Of a DNA stretch of 64,000 bases, positions 62,319-64,000 are shown piece by piece. Position numbers and translations under genes: made by a program. Source of the stretch: Octopus vulgaris. Taxonomy: Eukaryota. The stretch spans positions 92,380,001-92,444,000 of the forward strand of contig OX597817.1 of NCBI GenBank assembly GCA_951406725.2, read 5' to 3'. The first letter of the stretch is position 1. Each line of letters begins with the position of its first letter. Under the pieces are notes generated by a model that did no database searches, was not told the DNA's origin, and saw nothing but the letters and a program-made list of their open reading frames with translations.

Positions 62319-63584
62319 TCGGGTCATCCCGTAAGTTCTGTCCGATTTTACCTTTTTTAAAATTGAATGAAAGTTAATAGTTTTTTAGAATGCCTAATGG
62401 AATTTAAAATTATTTGTGTACATTTAAACTAATTAAATATTATTTTACAGAATAATAGAATTAAAATTTCTTTGATTAAAACCCTTCCTATCATGGAAGT
62501 ATCCAAAGAGCACATAATGCTTTATGAGTACAAAAAAGGAAACTCTGCCGCCGAAGTGACTCGAAACATACACTCAGTTATGGGAAAGAATGCTTGAATG
62601 AAAGAACTTGCAGAAGATGGTTTGCAAAATTCAGAAGTGGAGATTTCAGTCTTGAAGATAAAGATCGAACAGGACGTCCAGTTGAGTTTAATGATAAGCT
62701 CCTTGAGGCATTACTTGAAGAAAATCCTGCATTATCAGTTGAAAAATTAGCAATAAAGCTTAGTTCAAACCATACAACTGTTCATCGTTATCTTCAACAA
62801 GTTGGAAAGATTCCTAAGCTTGGAAAATGGGTGCCTCATGAATTGTCCGAAAGCAACCGCAAATTCCGAGTTGACATCTGCTCTTCTCTCCATTCTCGCG
62901 AACTCATTTCATCCTTTTTGGATAGACTTGTGACTAGTAACAGAAAATGGATCTTCTATCAAAATGTTAAACGTTGTAAACAGTGGCTTAGTAAAAGGGA
63001 AAAAGCTCAACCACAACCGAGAAGGGAACTTAATGGGAAAAAGGTTCTTCTCTCTATCTGGTGGGATTGCAAAAGAGTAATTCACTTTAAATTGTTACCA
63101 TCTAATGCAACAATCGATGCTCAAGTCTACTGTCGGCAATTAGAGCATTTGAACTAAGCTTTGAAGAAAAAAAGACCCGCTTTAGTGAATTGAAAAGGTG
63201 TGATGTTTCATCAGGGCAATGCGCAATCCCACACTGCAAAGATCCCATCACAGAAGATTGAAGAGCTTGGTTGGGAAAAAATTCCTCATCTACCTTATTC
63301 TCCCAACTTTGCTCCTTCAGACTACCATTTGTTTCGTAGTTTACAGAATCATTTGTGGGGACATAACTTTCGCAAGCCAGGAGGAGGTCGAAACTGACAT
63401 TTCAAAGTTCTTTGTTTTGAAACCAAAAGAGTTTTACAATGATGGGATTAAATAGCTTGTAAATAGATGTAAGGAAGTCATAGATAATCAAGGAAAGTAC
63501 ATTGAGGATTAAATTTCAATTAAATATAACATTTGATCACTTGTCTTTATTCAAAATTCAGACAGAACTTATGGGATGACCTGA
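62319..63584 (+). mobile_element. Mariner (DD34D-type) element, near full length, degraded
   Basis: ~30-bp TIRs TCGGGTCATCCCGTAAGTTCTGTC / GACAGAACTTATGGGATGACCTGA-TA; WFAKFRSGDFSLED, WVPHELSE, YSPNFAPSDYHLF. Confidence 0.93.
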
Positions 63585-64000
63585 TAGTTAAAGTATTTTT
63601 TGCAAAAACTTTTAAATTCAAGGCTAAGTTCCTTCTTGAATTCAGTTATGCTATGTTTTTATGTTCTGAGTTTAAAGTTTAGCCTAGCTTCATTTTGCTT
63701 TTCATCCTACCAATACTTGTCTGTGTGATCATATAATCATATACAGTAATCAACTGCATATCGCAGGTTACCTATCACACCCTCATTACATCACGGATTC
63801 TTCTGGCTAATATATGTAAATTTATATTGCAGACTCCTCAGTATATCACAGGTTTCTGTGGTAAAATAAGCGTTTTCACACCTAAAAATTAATAAATTAA
63901 TGCATGAAAATACAGTACAGTACTGTATGACACATTAACTAAAATATATTAAAAGAAAATGTGTAGTGTACCATAAGCGAATATTGGTGTTGTTTTGTAT

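Overview
AT-rich, intron-dominated animal genomic DNA. The SINE, LINE and microsatellite repertoire looks like a coleoid cephalopod (Octopus-like); this is my inference, not a database result. The backbone is the internal part of a + strand HECW/NEDL (NEDD4-family) E3 ubiquitin ligase gene: 17 GT-AG exons from 10639 to 60700 with consistent phases. They encode a long disordered region, WW1, the helical box, WW2 and about the first half of the HECT domain; the 5' (C2) and 3' (catalytic Cys) exons were not found and presumably lie outside the window. The introns are packed with transposon remnants: an internally deleted Ty3/Gypsy LTR element, Tigger, a Helitron with a long open Pif1 ORF plus non-autonomous Helitrons, RTE, CR1 and R4/Dong LINEs, Chapaev3, piggyBacs, two mariners, Penelope-like fragments and tRNA-derived SINEs. 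Most notable observations: (1) four residues in one 103-nt WW2 exon differ from vertebrate HECW1/2 (recalled from memory) and would each be restored by a single A-to-I edit; (2) a decayed copy of the 3' end of 28S rRNA, including the sarcin-ricin loop, 25 nt after an exon; (3) minimal hammerhead-ribozyme motifs in Penelope-like remnants; (4) several long intronic palindromes; (5) a triplicated LTR-end/PBS unit.
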